Shown here: piece after piece, positions 62,570 through 64,000 of the stretch
Numbering within the stretch: position 1 is the stretch's first letter
Layout: each line of letters begins with the position of its first letter
IMG/VR virus record: IMGVR_UViG_3300049855_000345
Span: 3,534 to 67,533 of that record
DNA: 64,000 bases
Direction: 5' to 3' (one strand)
DNA from: a virus
The notes under the pieces: model-generated
The model's input: only the letters and a program-made list of their open reading frames with translations
Told to the model about the DNA's origin: nothing
Database searches by the model: none
Translations under genes and position numbers: made by a program

Positions 62570-63778
62570 ATGCCATGGTTGAAAATAAAGAATCGAACTA
62601 AGGATTGGATCGTATTCGATAGTGTTGTTGGTCTAGTTCCTGCAGATGGCACAAGAACTCTTTTCGTTCGTGTTGCTGACGTAGAGGCGCTGAGGTCCTC
62701 TCTAGTCTCGCTCCAGGAACAGCAGCTTATTACTTTTGATGTATTTAATACTGCTGATGTTGCTGATGATGACGCAGAGTACGTTACTCTAGCAGACATA
62801 AAACATCTCATTGCTGAATCTAGCGGTAGTGGGAGCGGGGCCTCAAGCTCTGGTGTATTTATATTGAGACCTGGTGCAACAAACGTATGGCCAGACTCAA
62901 TTGTATTTTCTACTTGGTCTTCCTTGTACGAACGACTTGCTGTTTGCGGCGGCGGCATAGTAATAGTTGACGATTCTCTTCGGCCTGGTATGCCTATACA
63001 CTTTACGGCGGGGTCCTATGACCTGAGTGGGGTGTTTATTCAGGGGTTTGGTACCTCTCAACCTACAGTAGTACTCGCTAGTGATTTTCATATTCTAGGT
63101 AACACCCTTAGAATTCAAAACATTAACTTGTTATGTGATACTAGTAGCAATCTCGTAGAGGTAAGCTCCTCCACTAACGGACTAGTTCATTTAATTCACA
63201 GCAAAGTAACAATGTTGGCTGATGGTCATTTGATGGCCAAGTTGTCCGGGTCAACAGGGGTTGCAGAACTTGTATTAGAAAGCTCCGTTGTTGCTTCTTC
63301 CGAGGATTCTGGTTGTGCGTTATACGTAGAATCTGGTGAAGTAGCTAACCTATCTGTTACTCGCTGTTCTGTGGTTTTGCAAAATTCTTTGGGTGGGTCT
63401 GGTGACGTAGATGCCGTCCGAGACATTAACTCTGTAGTTACAAAATATCAAACACAGCTTATCGGAAGACTTGTTGTATCCTTATGTACCGCGTCTTCCC
63501 GTAAATACGGAGTACCCTTAGTTGGTACTAAAAACAGTTATAATAGAGTTTTTTTCGTGCCTGAGTCCTATGTACATGACGCCTCGTTAGGAGAAACCAT
63601 AGTAGTTCATCATAACGGTAGACGGCTACGACAAGCACAGAGTGCCAGTCCTGTGGATGGTGGAGAGTATTATCCCTTAGAAAGTAATGGTCCAGGTACC
63701 GGATATGATTCCATTTATCTTCTATCCTTTAGTCCGAATACCTTTTCAGAGTTAGACGCAGATTACATGCTGGCTTAA
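62570..63778 (+). CDS. virion fibre/spike-like protein
   Basis: Shared N-terminal domain; beta-helix-like middle; GTKNSYNRVF...V.HNG.R C-terminal domain. Confidence 0.6.
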   Translation: MPWLKIKNRTKDWIVFDSVVGLVPADGTRTLFVRVADVEALRSSLVSLQEQQLITFDVFNTADVADDDAEYVTLADIKHLIAESSGSGSGASSSGVFILRPGATNVWPDSIVFSTWSSLYERLAVCGGGIVIVDDSLRPGMPIHFTAGSYDLSGVFIQGFGTSQPTVVLASDFHILGNTLRIQNINLLCDTSSNLVEVSSSTNGLVHLIHSKVTMLADGHLMAKLSGSTGVAELVLESSVVASSEDSGCALYVESGEVANLSVTRCSVVLQNSLGGSGDVDAVRDINSVVTKYQTQLIGRLVVSLCTASSRKYGVPLVGTKNSYNRVFFVPESYVHDASLGETIVVHHNGRRLRQAQSASPVDGGEYYPLESNGPGTGYDSIYLLSFSPNTFSELDADYMLA

Positions 63779-63806
63779 TTGTTTTACCTTTTACATGGAG
63801 TGATAT

Positions 63807-64000
63807 ATGCCAGTACGACCTAATGCCCTTGATCAGCAGATCGATATCAAGGGTAGTATAAATCCAAACAACTCTCGAACTCTCACAGATGAGTCTTCAG
63901 GCTTCGGTGCTACCGTTTCGTCCGGTACGGGCGATACTATCGGCGGCACTGCGCCTAATATGACGTTGACTGACTCTGCTGGCGCTTTCACCGCAGCAGA
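63807..64000 (+). CDS. virion protein (partial)
   Basis: GGAG SD; MPVRPNALDQQIDIKGS... open to the window end. Confidence 0.6.
   Translation, partial: MPVRPNALDQQIDIKGSINPNNSRTLTDESSGFGATVSSGTGDTIGGTAPNMTLTDSAGAFTAA

Overview
This window is a 64-kb segment of a large tailed dsDNA (probably jumbo) bacteriophage genome. Genes are densely packed and mostly on the minus strand. Bases 1-13 kb hold small accessory genes plus RecQ, homing endonucleases, a Thg1-like protein, GroES and a Nudix hydrolase. Bases 13-47 kb form a replication/recombination/transcription block: ThyX, a 3'-5' exonuclease, sliding clamp, DnaB, an SF2 helicase, a 5'-3' exonuclease, DNA ligase, SbcCD, RecA, a type IA topoisomerase, a gp32-like SSB and two sigma factors. 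From about 48 kb onward are late genes (lysin candidate, large terminase, RuvC, virion proteins). The most striking region is 27.6-34 kb. A conserved coiled-coil protein gene is followed by a ~470-nt non-coding RNA built from two tandem circularly permuted tRNA mimics with its own terminator. About 2 kb further on is a single-chain Hen1 methyltransferase-Pnkp-type RNA ligase fusion. Other RNA-repair enzymes (Thg1-like, RlaP-like nucleotidyltransferase, PNK-type phosphatase) and a KhpA-like protein are dispersed through the window. Also seen: a second structured RNA at ~55.9-56.1 kb, a TGA-interrupted Tat-signal gene and a candidate leaderless late-promoter motif. All assignments come from reading motifs by eye; no database searches were run.
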